Counted from the stretch's first letter, positions 25,201 to 39,003 are shown. The stretch: DNA of 64,000 nucleotides from Somniosus microcephalus (GCA_052327205.1 CM126215.1:2108001-2172000); one strand, 5' to 3'. Numbers and translations: made by a program. The notes: generated by a model from the letters alone, not told the origin.

Positions 25201-26651
25201 CGGGGATCGGCTACAGACCCTCCACAACGACCTCTGCCACCCAGGGGTCACGCGGCTGTTCCACTTCATAAAGTCCCGCAACTTACCCTACTCGATTGAG
25301 GAAGTTCGGTCTCTGACCAGGAACTGCCGCACTTGCGCTGAGTGCAAGCCTCGGTTCTACCACCCTGATAGAGCCCACTTAATCAAAGCTACACGGCCCT
25401 TTGAGCGGCTCAGCTTAGATTTCAAGGGCCCCCTCCCGTCCGTCGACCGCAATGTTTACTTCCTGAACATTGTGGACGAATACTCCCGGTTCCCATTCGC
25501 CTTCCCCTGCCCAGACATGACCAGCGCCACGGTCATTAAATGCCTCAACAGCCTGTTCTGCCTGTTCGGTATGCCGAGCTACATTCACACGGATAGGGGG
25601 GCGTCCTTCATGAGTGAAGAGCTACGCCAGTACATGCTGTCCAGGGGTATTGCCACGAGCCGTACCACCAGCTACAACCCCCGGGGTAACGGTCAAGTGG
25701 AGCGAGAGAACGGGACAGTATGGAAAGCAGTCACTCTAGCTCTAAGGACCAAGGGCCTCCCTATCTCCCGCTGGCAGGAAGTCCTCTCGGATGTGCTCCA
25801 TTCGATACGGTCGCTATTGTGTACTGCCACTAATGCCACGCCTCATGAACGAATGTTTAGCTTTCCCCGGAAATCCACCTCAGGCGTATCCATGCCGTCA
25901 TGGCTCTCCACCCCAGGTCCGGTATTCGTGCGAAGGCATGTGAGGGGCCATAAGACGGACCCTCTCGTGGAGCCAGTGCACCTACTCCACGCCAACCCCC
26001 AATACGCGTATGTCCGGCACGCCGACGGAAGGGAGGACACCGTGTCAATAAAAGACGTCGCCCCAGCCGGTAACGACAACAACCACGGCAATAGCAGCAG
26101 CAACGACCACAGCAACTCTTACCCACCCACTACTCTTTCATCACCCCCGGAAGAACATCGACCAACGGCACCCCCACCAACTACCCCTTCAACAACCCTG
26201 GCGGCACCCCCGGCAGAGACCCAGGAGGCCACCGGGGACACCCAGCCGACACCCGCGACACCACAACAGCCACGTCGGTCGCAGAGGACTACCAAACCCC
26301 CGAACAGACTAAATCTATAGAAGGGGTGAATGTGATGAAATATTCCATTCATCACTGCCTGTGACTGTGGTTGGTTTCAGGTTTCCCCTCACTATTGTAT
26401 TGCCTGTGACTGTGGTTGGTTTCAGGTTTCTCCTCACCATTGTATTGTATATTGGAATGTATGGAATGTGTTGTGTGTAGGGCTCCGCCCATACCTGGCC
26501 TCTATGTAAGCCAGCTCAGTCTGGCCTCATATCCAGTACTGCAGAGCTCCAGATGGAAGATACCTCTCTCCACTGCGTGTTATCTTCTAAGTTAATAAAA
26601 GCCTTGTTTTGTTCCGCCAACATCGAGTCTCGGGATTATTGAGGCACATCA
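22209..26651 (+). mobile_element. Full-length Gypsy-type LTR retrotransposon of a different lineage, no tRNA PBS
   Basis: 321-bp LTRs 22209-22529 and 26331-26651 (3 substitutions by eye); TSD CTGAC; PPT agaaggggtgaa; each LTR has an internal ~45-bp tandem duplication. Confidence 0.97.
22556..26320 (+). pseudogene. Gag-pol with a single in-frame TAG (24788-24790) between RT and RNase H
   Basis: Two CCHC knuckles, protease IDSG, RT YLDN, RNase H (DAS/EKE/TD/DALSR), integrase HHCC+DDE. ORFs 22487-24790 and 24806-26320 share one frame. Confidence 0.9.
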
Positions 26652-27039
26652 CTGACAACAGTAATTTATAAGGTAGAGCCGCCTTCCTATTGAGAGAAAT
26701 TCAGCCTCCACGTACATGGCTCCTCTTGACCTGCCCATCCACCTTCTGACCGCGACTGACTTAAACTCTTGGAGCTTCTAGTTAACAATTGCCGCACTCC
26801 TGATCTGTTGTGTTTCTACCCCAGGTAGACAGCTGAAGATTTCCCCAAGAACAGGACTGTTTTACACTATAATAGGGGACGGTCTCTTGATTATACAGGC
26901 TACAACGTTTCTTAAAGGGACAGTGTACCAGATGATTCTATCCAAACCCCCAGCTGAGAGGTAAACGTTCCTATTTGCGAATAGAGATTGAGGTTTAGAG
27001 TATAGGCCTGTCTACAATAAATAAGCTTTCTTTGTGAAT

Positions 27040-27460
27040 CACATAAGTGGATAGACTGGAGAAGCTGGGGTTGTTCTCCTTAGAGCAGAGAAGGTAGAGA
27101 GGAGATTTGATAGAGGTGTTCAAGATCATGAGGGGTCTGGACAGAGTAGATAGAGAGAAACTGTTCCCATTGGCGGAAGGGTCGAGAACCAGAGGACACA
27201 GATTTAAGGTGATTGGCAGAAGATCCAAAGGCGACATGAGGAAAAACTTTTTTACGCAGCGAGTGGTTAGGATCTGGAATGCACTGCCTGAAAGGGTGGC
27301 GGAGGCAGATTCAATCGTGGTTTTCAAAAGGGAATTGGATAAGTATCTGAAGGAAAAAAATGTGCAGGGCTCCGGGGAAAGGGCGGGGGAGTGGGACTAG
27401 CTGAAGTGCTCGTGCAGAGAGTCGGCACAGGCTCCTACTGTGCTGTAACCATTCTGTGTT
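27040..27460 (+). mobile_element. CR1 LINE 3' fragment
   Basis: DLIEVFKIMRGLDRVD..TRGHRFKV..FFTQRVVRIWNALP. Confidence 0.85.
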
Positions 27461-27849
27461 TCTAAGCAGCCATGTTTCTTTTTCTTCAAACCTTGAAAGA
27501 GATTTCAATAATATTGACTGCATAAAAACCCCAATTGGTGAGGGGGCCAGGTGTTGGTGTTCCTATCTCTCTCAAAAAAACCTGAACTTGAATTTCCACA
27601 ATAGGCCCGCATTGTTAGGGATTCCTGTTACTTTTAGTAGGCACACACTTAATGTGTTCATGAGACATTATTTTAATGCATGTGCAAACCTGCTTATATT
27701 AAATGGGGTAACGTATCTGTTAAACTAGTGGGCAGGGAAATGTTGTTCGAAAGCATTAATATCACCTGATAGTATCTGCTAATATCACTTACGTCAGGGC
27801 TGTAGTGGAGTCCTTTCGGATTGGAGCATGATCAGAAATCAGCCTACTA

Positions 27850-30800
27850 ATTTTTTTATATTCGTTCATGGGATGTGGGCGTCGCCGACAAGGCCAGCAT
27901 TTATTGCCCATCCCTAATTGCCCTCGAGAAGGTGGTGGTGAGCCGCCTCTTTGAACCGCTGCAGTCCGTGTGGTGAAGGTGCTCCCACAGTGCTGTTAGG
28001 GAGGGGGTTCCAGGATTTTGACCCAGCGACAATGAAGGATCGGCCGATATACTTCCAAGTCAGGATGGTGTGTGACTTGGAGGGAAACTTAGAGGTGGTG
28101 GTGTTCCCATGCGCCTGCTGCCCTTGTCCTTCTAGGTGGAAGAGGTCGCGGGTTTGGAAGGTACTGCCGAAGAAGCCTTGGCGAGTTGCTGCAGTGCATC
28201 TTGTAGATGGTACACACTGCAGCCATGGTGCACCGGTGATGGAGGGAGTGAATGTTTAAGGTGGTGGATGGGGTGCCGATCAAGCGGGCTGCTTTGTCCT
28301 GGATGGTGTCGAGTTTCTTGTATTGTTGGAGCTGCACTCATCCAGGCAAGTGCAGAGTATTCCATCACACTCCTTACTTGTGCCTTGTAGATGGTAGATA
28401 GGCTTTGGGGAGTCAGGAGGTGAGACACGCGTCACAGAATACCTAGCCTCTGACCTGCTCTTGTTGCCACAGTATTGATGTGGCTGGTCCAGTTAAGTCA
28501 ATGGTGACCCCTAGGATGATGGTGGGGGATTCGGCGATGGGAATGCCAAAGGAGGACAAAGGGATTAATTAAGAAGGGGAAAATAGAATATGAGAGTAAG
28601 CTTGCAGGGAACATAAAAACTGACTGTAAAAGCTTTTATAGATATGTGAAGAGAAAAAGATTGATGAAGTCAAGCATAGGTCCTTTGCTGTCAGAATCAG
28701 GGGAATTTATAAAGGGGAACAAAGAAATGGCAGACCAATTAAATACATATTTTGGTTCTGTCTTCACAAAGGAGGACACAAATAACCTCCCAGAGATGTC
28801 GGGAACATAGGGTCTGATGAAAGGGAGGAACTGAAATAAATCAGTATTTGTAGGGAAATGGTGTTAGGGAAATTGACGGGATTGAAGGCCGATAAATCCC
28901 CAGGGCCTGATAATCTACATCCTAGGGTACTTAAGGAAGTGGCCCTAGAAATAGTAGATGCATTGCTGATCATCTTCCAGCATTCAATGGAATCTGGAAC
29001 AGTACCCATGGATTGGAGGGTAGCTAATGTTACCCACTATTCAAAAAAGGTGGTAGAGAGAAAACGGGGAATTACAGACCGATAAGCCTGACATCGGTAG
29101 TGGGGAAAATGCTAGAGTCCATTATAAAAGATGTAATAGCAGAGCACTTGGAAAACAGTGACAGGATCTGACAAAGTCAACATGGATTTACAAAAGATAA
29201 ATCGTGCTTGACTAATCTACTGGAATTTTTTGAGGATGTAACTGGTAAAATAGATAAGGGAGAACCAGTGGATGTGGTGTATTTGGACTTTCAAAAGGCT
29301 TTCAATAAGGTCCCGCATAAGAGATTAGCGTGTAAAGTTAAGGCACATGGGATTGGGGGTAAGGTATTGACTTGGATAGAGAACTGGTTGGCAGACAGAA
29401 AGCAAAGAGTTGGAATAAACGGGTCTTTTTCCGAGTGGCAGGCAGTGACTAGTGGGGTACCGCAGGGATCGGTCCTTGGACCCCAGCTATTCACAATATA
29501 TATTAATGATCTAGACAAGGGAGCTAGATGTAATATCTCCAAGTTTGTAGACGACACAAAGCTGGGTGGGCGTGTGTGCTGTGAGGAGGATGCTGAGAAA
29601 CTCCAGGATGATTTGGACAGGTTGGGTGATTGGGCAGGAGCATGGCAGATGCAATATAACATGGATAAATGCGAGGTTATCCACTTTGGTGTCAAAAACA
29701 GGAAGGCAGATTATTATCTGAATGGCAATAGATTGGGAGAAGGGGAAGTGCAACGAGACCTGGGTGTCCTTGTGCACCAGTCGCTGAAGGTAAGCATGCA
29801 GGTGCAGCAGGCGGTTAAGAAGGCAAATGGTATGTTGGCCTTCGTAGCGAGAGGGTTTGAGTACAGGAACAAGGATGTCTTGCTGCAGTTGTACAGGGCC
29901 TTGGTGAGACCACATCTTGAGTATTGTGTGCAGTTTTGGTCGCCTTATCTGAGGAAGGATATTCTTGCCATGGAAGGAGTTCAGCGAAGATTCACCAGGC
30001 TGATACCTGGGATGGCAGGAATGACATATGAGGAGAGATTGGGTCGATCGGGCTTATACTCGCTGGAGTTTAGAAGAATGAGAGGGGATCTCATTGAAAC
30101 TTATAAAATTCTGAAAGGACTGGACAGACTAGATGCAGGAAGGATGTTCCCGATGGTTGGGTAGTCCAGAACCAGGGGACACAGTCTAAGGATAAGGGGT
30201 AAGCCATTTAGGACAGAAATTAGGAGGAATTTCTTCACCCAGAGAGTGGTGAACCTGTGGAATTCTCTACCACAGAAGGCAGTAGAGGCCAATTCATTAA
30301 ATATATTCAGGAAGGAGTTGGATATACTTCTTAAGGCTAAAGGGATCAAGGGATATGGGGAGAAAGCAGGGACAGGGTACTGAACTTGGATGATCAGCCA
30401 TGACCGCATTGAATGGCGGAACAGGCTCAAGGGGCCGAATGGCCTACTCCTGCTCCTATCTTCTATGTTTCTATGAATGTCAAGGGGCAGTGTTTAGACT
30501 CTCGCTTGTTGGAGATAGTCATTGCCTGGCACTTGTGTGCCACTTATCAGTCCAAGCCTGAACGTTGTCCAGGTCTTGTTGCATGCGGGCATGGACTGCT
30601 TCATTATCTGAGGAGTTGTGACTGGCACTGAACACTGTGCAGTCATCAGCGAACATCCCCATTTCTGACTTTATGTTGGAGGGAAGGTCATTGATGAAGC
30701 AGCTGAAAATGGTTGGGCCTAGGACACTGCCCTGAGGAACTCCTGCAGCGATGTCCTGGGGCTGTGATGATAGACCTTTAATCGCTGCAACCGTCTTCCT

Positions 30801-31690
30801 TTGTGCTAAGTATGACTCCAGCCAGTGGAGCATTTTCCCCCCGATTCCCATTGACTTCAGTTTTACTAGGGCTCCTTGATGTCACACCCGGTCAAATGCT
30901 GCCTTGATGTCAAGGGCAGTCACTCTCACCTCACCTCTGGAATTCAGCTCCTTTGTCCATGTTTGGACCAAGACTGTAATGAGGTCGGCAGATGAGTGGT
31001 CTTGGCGGAACCCAAACTGAGCATCAGTGAGCAGGCTATTGGTGAGTAATTGCTGCTTGATAGCACTGTCGATGACACCTTCCATCACTTTGCTGATGAT
31101 TGGGAGTAGACTGATGGGGCGGTAATTGGCCGGATTGGATTTGTCCTGCTTTTTGTGGACAGGACATACCTGGGCAGTTTTCCACATTGTCGGATAGATG
31201 CCAGTGTTGTAGCTGTACTGGAACAGCTTGGCTAGAGGCATGGCTAGTTCTGGAGCACAAGACTTCAGCATAATAGCCGGGATGTTGTCGGGGCCCATAT
31301 CCTTTGCCGTATCCAGTGCGCTCAGCCGTTTCTTGATATCATATGGAGTGAATCGAATTGGCTGAAGACTGGCTTCTGTGATGGTGGGGACCTCGGGAGG
31401 AGGCCGAGATGGATCATCCACTCGGCACTTCTGGCTGAAGATGGTTGCAAACGCTTCAGCCTTGTCTTTTGCACTCACGTGCTGGACAGTGGAGAGTATT
31501 CCATCACACTCCTTACTTGTGCCTTGTAGATGGTGGAAAGGCTTTGGGGAGTCGGGAGGTGAGCCACTCGCCGCAGAATATCTAGTGTCTGACCTACTCT
31601 TGTTGCCACAGTATTTATGTAGCTGGTCCAGTTAAGTTTCTGGTCAATGGTGACCCCCAGAATGTTGATGGTGGGGGATTCGGTGATGGT
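27850..31690 (-). mobile_element. 5'-truncated and rearranged copy of the 4900-8382 LINE family, split by a nested CR1
   Basis: ORFs 30882-31478 and 30519-30851 are close to 6099-6815 and 4880-6064; same 3' tail at ~27860; an extra duplicated piece at 31485-31690. Confidence 0.88.
28547..30473 (+). mobile_element. 5'-truncated CR1 (HER1-like) LINE nested in another LINE
   Basis: ORF 29208-30164 with VVYLDFQKAF, GVPQGSVLGP and FVDDTK; ttctatg-type tail. Confidence 0.92.
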
Positions 31691-31692
31691 GC

Positions 31693-32005
31693 AGCAACAA
31701 CAACTTGTATTTATATAGCGCCTTTGACGTAGTAAAATGTCCCAAAGCACTTCACACGTGTATTAAAAGACAACAAAACTTGATACCGAGCCACATAAGG
31801 AGAAATTAGGGAAGTTTGGTCAAAGAGGTAGGTTTTAAGGAGCGTCTTAAAGGAGTAAAGAGAGGTGGCGAGGCGGAGAGGTTTAGGCAGGGAGTTCCAG
31901 AGCTTAGGGCCCAGGCAACAGAAGGCACGGCCACCAATGGTGGAGCGATTATAATCAGGGATGCTCAAGAGGGCAGAATTAGAGGAGCGCAGATATCTCG
32001 GGGGG
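31693..32005 (-). mobile_element. L2-type 3' fragment
   Basis: GGRAFCCLGPKLWNSLP..FKTLLKTYLFDQ; similar copy at 50807-51170. Confidence 0.8.
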
Positions 32006-32341
32006 TAAAGATGTGGTGAATCCTAATTTGAGGTATAGATGTTCAGTCTGGATATTGCTTTCCCCAGCCGAGGTACCTTTAACCATGAAATCTACCAGCA
32101 GGGTCTAGTGTCACTGCTCATCCGGGAGGATAGTCCGTGATGGATCAGAATGGCTACATCCCTTTTACAAGAAGAGGAGGCGGATGCCACCCACTCAATC
32201 TCTGCGAAGACACTCGCTCTCCGTGAGGTGAGATTTTTGCAGGAGGGCAATTTGGCAACAACCAATATTCTTTAGCAGGGATCAGTTAGTTTTTCCTTTT
32301 TATACGATGGATGACCCCGTCTACGTGAAGAGACAGTCTTA

Positions 32342-33044
32342 GGGCTAAAAATTCAGTTTGGGGCGCCAAGCTCGCCTGGGCGCCGGAATTACCGCTGCGC
32401 GCGGAGCCACTTGTGCCATCGGGATATTCAGTTTCAGCGCCCCAAATGGAAGCCGGCCGCTAAACAAGGCTTTCGGCGCCCTGCTTGGGGCGCTGAAACT
32501 GAATATCGGCGCGCAAAGTGCCGCAGCGCCACCCGCTGCGGCACGGCAGGCTGCGGTACTGCAGGCCTTCCTCTCACTCTTAAGGGGGAGGTGCCTGCAA
32601 CAGCGCGATCCCCGCTCGCGAGTGCCGGCAAATGAGCCCGGCACCAAGGAGAAGTGCCGGGCTCTTGGGAAACAGCCGGCAATGCCGCGGGGCGGGGTGG
32701 GTGTAGGAGGCCGGGGACGGAGGTGCTGGCAGGCGGCCGCCGAAAAAGCGGCCGGCCGCACCTCCACCTTAACTCGCCCCACTACCGCCACAGGTAGGCC
32801 CCTGTGTACCGGTCGCTATTTGCGGCCGGCGCGGAAGAGGCGGGCGCGACCTAATATGGCGCTCGGGGCGGTAGCGGGGCGCTGCGCACACCGATGACGT
32901 CATCGGTGGCGGCGCAGCGCTACAGGCTAACGCCGCCATTAGCGCCCCGCTAAATATCGCGGTGGTTGTGGCCAGTGGCGCTAAAGCCTCTGAGTGGCCT
33001 CTTTGGGCGCAAACTGGTGGCGCAAGCAACTGAATTTCTAGGCC
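32342..33044. mobile_element. PIF/Harbinger-like MITE (CpG-rich)
   Basis: TIRs GGGCTAAAAATTCAG / CTGAATTTCTAGGCC; TSD TTA; related to 1462-2465. Confidence 0.85.
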
Positions 33045-33174
33045 TTAGTGTTTTGCCATCTTCATCTGGAACTTTTCCTCAGATTCGAAACCTATTTTAC
33101 CGAAGACGCCCAGAATGCTGCAGAAGCTTCAGTTTGGTTAACGGTGGGGGGAGGGGAGAAAGACATCGATCAAA

Positions 33175-33420
33175 TAAAAAGATGATAGCAAAATACTGCG
33201 GATGCTGGAAATCTGAAATAACAACAGAAAACGCTGGAAAAACGCAGCAGGCCAGGCAGCATCTGTGGAGAGAGAAACAGAGTTAACGTTTCAGGTTGAA
33301 GACCCTTCGTCAGAACTGGAAAAAAAGCAGGAAAAGGGATCGATTTTAAAGCAAGTGGGGGCTGGAAAAGGGGGAGGGGATGAAAGAACAAAAGGGACGG
33401 TCAGAGATAGGATAGAAAGC
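33175..33420 (-). mobile_element. Penelope-pLTR-like short repeat with a hammerhead-like core
   Basis: Minus strand reads cagttCTGACGAagggtcttcaacctGAAACgttaactc, followed by the family 3' segment. Confidence 0.75.
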
Positions 33421-33439
33421 AGGAGAGATAAAGAGAGAT

Positions 33440-34258
33440 AAATGCTATCATTACGAAGCCCTGAAATGCCAAGAGAGGACCATAAAGAAGAATACCCTCA
33501 GTCAACTAGTCCTGGGACTCAGTGAAGTAACTCCTAACACTACTAACAATAACCAGCCCCAGGACAGTGACAGCGTAACACAAAGAATTCGACCCAACAC
33601 AATCGTCGCTAAGCAAAAGGAAAAATATCTGTCATATTGGGCAGAAACAACAAAAACCCAAAGCAAACTCAATTGCTACTTGGCCCTAAACAGACAATAC
33701 AACATGACTGATTACCTGACCATGGTAAAGGATAGCAAACTGAGAAAAACTTTGACAATGTACAGACTTAGTGAACATAACCTGGCGATCGAAAAAGGTA
33801 GACACAGGCAGACCCGGCTACCAAGAGAGGACAGGATATGCTCTCACTGCAGTCAGGGAGTGGTGGAGACAGAGATGCACTTCCTCACAGCTTGTAGAAA
33901 ATATCAGGGCATAAGGGAGAATTTCTACCCAAAATTCACAAAAATATGCCCGGAATTCAGAAATTTGAATGACGACCAAAAACTCCCATACCTACTAGGG
34001 GAAGAGAGAAATTGTGTAACACTAGCGGCACACTATGTTACAGCTTGCCATAAACAGAGGGACAACCACTAAATATAAGAAAAGAGTATATATAAATTAT
34101 ATGAAAGTATATTTATACACTCAGGGATATATCTGTTTATACACTGTATGGATAGATCTGTATTTTTGTGAACAAACATGAATGTTTTTCGATGCTTTGG
34201 CAACATAAGATGTAACTTGTCATGCCAATAAAGCGATTTGAATTGAATTGAATTGAAT
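33440..34258 (+). mobile_element. 5'-truncated RTE-X-like LINE
   Basis: RLSEHNLAIEKGR..CSHC..ETEMHFLTAC C-terminus; (TTGAA)n tail; TSD taaagagagat; same family as 46337-48147. Confidence 0.8.
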
Positions 34259-35009
34259 TAAAGAGAGATTGAGAGAGATTCAAGGAACAAAGGCTGGCTC
34301 TGGATGAAGTGTGAATGGCCCTGACAGAATGAAGGACAGCTGCCGTGTGGGAGGGACGAAAAAAAGCCCAGACGAGGTGTCTTTCAAAAGTAAACAAACA
34401 GCCAGGATGTGCCTCCAGCTGAATCATTGAGGGGAGATTGAGTCTGTGTGCTACCTGTAGCAAACGTGTGAACATTCTAAACGCTACAAGTCACGTACAA
34501 AAGATGCTGGAGGTCTGAGAGCTGAAGTACCAGAGCAAGAAGACATCACCAGAATGGCTGTGAAGGTGGCAACTCATTCCAGTGCCAACAGAAACTCTCG
34601 TCCTCACTCTCCTTTGGCAACTAACAAGGGTCCAGCAAGAGTGCACCGCTCCCTTCTCTTCCTCCTCTCCCTCCTTCTAGAGCCTGCACTGCTCTTCCAC
34701 CCAACCCTCTGTTCCTCTCTCTTAACCCCCCCCCCCATCGCTCACATCGTCCCCTTTCCAATTTCAAAAGGACAAGCAGTCATGGATTAAAGATTAAATA
34801 CTGGAAAATTCCAGGCTTCACTAAAGAATTGAAGATTACATTAGCTGTAATATGCAGAGCCAGCGGGGATCACATTGCACAAGGTCGTTCAGCCATGAGA
34901 TGGCTGTAGATTTAGGCAGTGAATACACTAGCATCCATGATTTATTTTGTCGAGTTTAGAGCTCTGCTTGTAGTTATCCACGGGGTGACACAGCTCACCA
35001 CTCCCAAGT

Positions 35010-37122
35010 GATTGTGAGCCACAGGAACACGCTGATTGTGAACCACAGGAACACACTGGTTGTGAAACCACAGGAACACGCTGATTGTGAAACCACAGGA
35101 ACACACTGGTTGTGAAACCACAGGAACACGCTGATTGTGAAACCACAGGAACACGCTGGTTGTGAAACCACAGGAACACGCTGATTGTGAAACCACAGGA
35201 ACACACTGGTTGTGAAACCACAGGAACACGCTGATTGTGAAACCACAGGAACACACTGGTTGTGAACCACAGGAACACGCTGCTTGTGAAACCACAGGAA
35301 CACGCTGATTGTGAAACCACAGGAACACACTGGTTGTGAACCACAGGAACACGCTGATTGTGAAACCACAGGAACACGCTGGTTGTGAAACCACAGGAAC
35401 ACGCTGATTGTGAAACCACAGGAACACACTGGTTGTGAAACCACAGGAACACGCTGATTGTGAAACCACAGGAACACGCTGGTTGTGAAACCACAGGAAC
35501 ACGGTGATTGTGAAACCACAGGAACACACTGGTTGTGAAACCACAGGAACATGCTGATTGTGAAACCACAGGAACACGCTGGTTGTGAAACCACAGGAAC
35601 ACGCTGGTTGTGAGCCACAGGAACACGCTGGTTGTGAGCCACAGGAACACGCTGGGTGTGAAACCACAGGAACACGCTGGTTGTGAGCCACAGGAACACG
35701 CTGATTGTGAAACCACAGGAACACGCTGATTGTGAGCCACAGGAACGCACTGGTTGTGAGCCACAGGAACACGCTGGTTGTGAGCCACAGGAACACGCTG
35801 GTTGTGAGCCACAGGAACACGCTGGTTGTGAGCCACAGGAACACGCTGGTTGTGAGCCACAGGAACACGCTGGTTGTGAGCCACAGGAACACGCTGGTTG
35901 TGAGCCACAGGAACACACTGGTTGTGAAACCACAGGAACACACTGGTTGTGAGCCACAGGAACACGCTGGTTGTGAGCCACAGGAAGACGCTGATTGTGA
36001 GCCACAGGAACACGCTGGTTGTGAGCCACAGGAACACGCTGGTTGTGAGCCACAGGAACACACTGGTTGTGAAACCACAGGAACACACTGGTTGTGAGCC
36101 ACAGGAACACGCTGATTGTGAGCCACAGGAACACGCTGGTTGTGAGCCACAGGAACACGCTGATTGTGAAACCGCAGGAACACACTGGTTGTGAAACCAC
36201 AGGAACACGCTGATTGTGAAACCACAGGAACACGCTGGTTGTGAAACCACAGGAACACGGTGATTGTGAAACCACAGGAACACACTGGTTGTGAAACCAC
36301 AGGAACATGCTGATTGTGAAACCACAGGAACACGCTGGTTGTGAAACCACAGGAACACGCTGGTTGTGAGCCACAGGAACACGCTGGTTGTGAGCCACAG
36401 GAACACGCTGGGTGTGAAACCACAGGAACACGCTGGTTGTGAGCCACAGGAACACGCTGATTGTGAAACCACAGGAACACGCTGATTGTGAGCCACAGGA
36501 ACGCACTGGTTGTGAGCCACAGGAACACGCTGGTTGTGAGCCACAGGAACACGCTGGTTGTGAGCCACAGGAACACACTGGTTGTGAGCCACAGGAACAC
36601 GCTGGTTGTGAGCCACAGGAACACGCTGGTTGTGAGCCACAGGAACACGCTGGTTGTGAGCCACAGGAACACGCTGGTTGTGAGCCACAGGAACACACTG
36701 GTTGTGAAACCACAGGAACACACCGGTTGTGAGCCACAGGAACACACTGGTTGTGAGCCACAGGAACACGCTGGTTGTGAGCCACAGGAACACACTGGTT
36801 GTGAAACCACAGGAACACACTGGTTGTGAGCCACAGGAACACGCTGGTTGTGAGCCACAGGAAGACGCTGATTGTGAGCCACAGGAACACGCTGGTTGTG
36901 AGCCACAGGAACACGCTGGTTGTGAGCCACAGGAACACACTGGTTGTGAAACCACAGGAACACACTGGTTGTGAGCCACAGGAACACGCTGATTGTGAGC
37001 CACAGGAACACGCTGGTTGTGAGCCACAGGAACACGCTGGTTGTGAGCCACAGGAACACACTGGTCGTGAAACCACAGGAACACACTGGTTGTGAGCCAC
37101 AGGAACACGCTGGTTGTGAAAC
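35010..37122. repeat. 24/25-bp minisatellite (~85 units) with higher-order duplication
   Basis: Unit gtga(g/aa)ccacaggaacac(g/a)ctg(g/a)tt; rare variants recur at 756-bp spacing. Confidence 0.97.
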
Positions 37123-37514
37123 CTTTAATAGGCAGGCGCACCGAGAGGGGTTTCTTTTCCTTTTGGAGACCATGTCTAAGGAAGGAAATGTCTGAAATCA
37201 AAGTTCAATCTGACCAAATGTTAGTATCAATTTAACTAAGGAATTTGATTTCAACGACCTTTCATTGTTCCATGTAATTCGTACGATGCTTGGGTTTTTC
37301 CCTCTGTCCTTGGACTCGTGGAATGCCTTTCACTGACAGTTTACATCAGTGGGAAAGAATTCAGAATTTTCAATATTTCATTTTCTCTCCTTTCCAGATG
37401 AGGTAGTTTGTGATTGCTGATCGTTTTCCTCACAATACACATGCAAGCTGGCACAGTTGTGGGGCGATGGAAGTGAGGATGGGGGATACACAGGTTCAAC
37501 TAATGCCCTTCAGG

Positions 37515-37705
37515 GACGGAAACCCGCCATCCTTACCTGGTCTGGCCTATAGTTGACTCCAGTCCCACACCAACCCACTCTTAACTGCCCTCTGGAGTAG
37601 CCCAGCAAGCCACTCCGCTGTATTAAACCACCTCAGGGCAACTAGGGGTAAGCAATAAATGCCGGCCTTGCCAGCGACCCCCCCCCCCCCACATCTCAAG
37701 ACTGA
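37515..37705 (+). mobile_element. 5'-truncated SINE (body plus LINE-derived tail)
   Basis: ccttacctggtctggcct..ctcttaactgccctct matches the reverse complement of the LINE head; gcaataaatgccggccttgccagcgac matches the LINE 3' tail. Confidence 0.7.
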
Positions 37706-38029
37706 GTGAAAAAGGCTGGAATCAGAGCAATGGCGAGGGGTTGTAGGGCGGGAGGAGGTTGCAAAGATAGGGAATCACAATGCCTCAAGTTGATTACTAT
37801 ATGTACGAATGAAAGAGGAGATCTGTCTATAATGAGAGGTAGCATTTCTCCCAGTATTTTGTCATGTCTAAAAAGTCAATCTGTGCCACCTGAACATACT
37901 CCTCAAAAAGGTCAGGATGGTGAACCTGCAACTTCTACCTACTCTCCAACTCCCCGAAAATTGGCCTCTGGAGCCAAACCAGCAGCTCACGATGAGGATG
38001 TGGAATAAGTTTACTGGAATAACCCCGAG

Positions 38030-38174
38030 CAATGTTCCCTTTAGCGCTCTGCAGCTCCCACGCAGCCGCTTTACTGGCTTTTAAATAGGAAAAATTGCGC
38101 ACGCGTGGTATTTTGAATGGGCCGTGCAGCCCCTTAAAGGGGCTGGCACCCAAAAAAAGATTAAGGGAACATTG
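38030..38174. mobile_element. Short hAT-like MITE, second copy
   Basis: TIRs CAATGTTCCCTT / AAGGGAACATTG; internal similarity to 4039-4200; no clear TSD. Confidence 0.65.
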
Positions 38175-39003
38175 TCAACCGTATTTGTTAACTGAAAAAG
38201 AACCAGAGACGACATGTGGAAAAACTTCTTTACACAACGAGTGATTAGGATTTGGAATGCGTAGCCTGATGGTGGAAACAGCTTCAATAGTAGCCTTCAA
38301 AATGAGAATTGGATAAGTACTTGGAGAAAAAATTGCAGTGTTTTGGGGAAGAGCGGGGGAGTGAGGCTAACTGGATTGCTTTTAGAAAAAGCCGCTGCAG
38401 CCCCGAATGGCCTCCTCCTATGCTGAGCTATTCTATGATTCTATAAGTGATATTTTCTAAACTACTGGAGCATCTTCATATCCTGAAGGATCCCAACGCC
38501 CCATTTTATAACCACACTCTACTAACTCACTATAATTAGCGTAACAGATTGTCCTTCACCTTCATGCTTACGTGACCTTCCATTTGGTTAACTCACACTT
38601 TCATATTTTGTGTTCGAGAAGCTCTGGAGTACCACAATGCTCATCTTATATACACAACTAAAGACTCCATCTTTCAAGGTGAACAGTGTGTAGGAGGAAG
38701 GACAGTAACTTCAACTGGGCCTGTTGTATCTGTGAAAGATGCAGGAGAGCTTTGCCAAGATCTAGATACGAGATGTATTTTAATGTACAGCAATAATAAA
38801 TGGCGATTTGTTGAAGTATGAATACTCCTGTTCTGGGTGGAAGTAAAGGTGAGAAAGCCAGAGCAAGTACAAAGACCACCCGAAGACTGGGCTTTGCCAG
38901 CCCCCTCAGGACTGTCGTGTGCCCTCCATTCTTTACACAGAAGTACGGTTTGATGCAGGTCATAATCCGCAAGGAAAATTAAGTGTTTCTCTTTAATTTT
39001 CAG

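Noticed and set aside
32345-33029. GC-rich ORFs or a CpG-island promoter
   Set aside because: Entirely within a TIR/TSD-bounded MITE, and the translations are low-complexity.
34928-37201. Three overlapping 700-757 aa ORFs
   Set aside because: Translations of the 24/25-bp tandem array, open in all minus frames only because the unit lacks stop codons.
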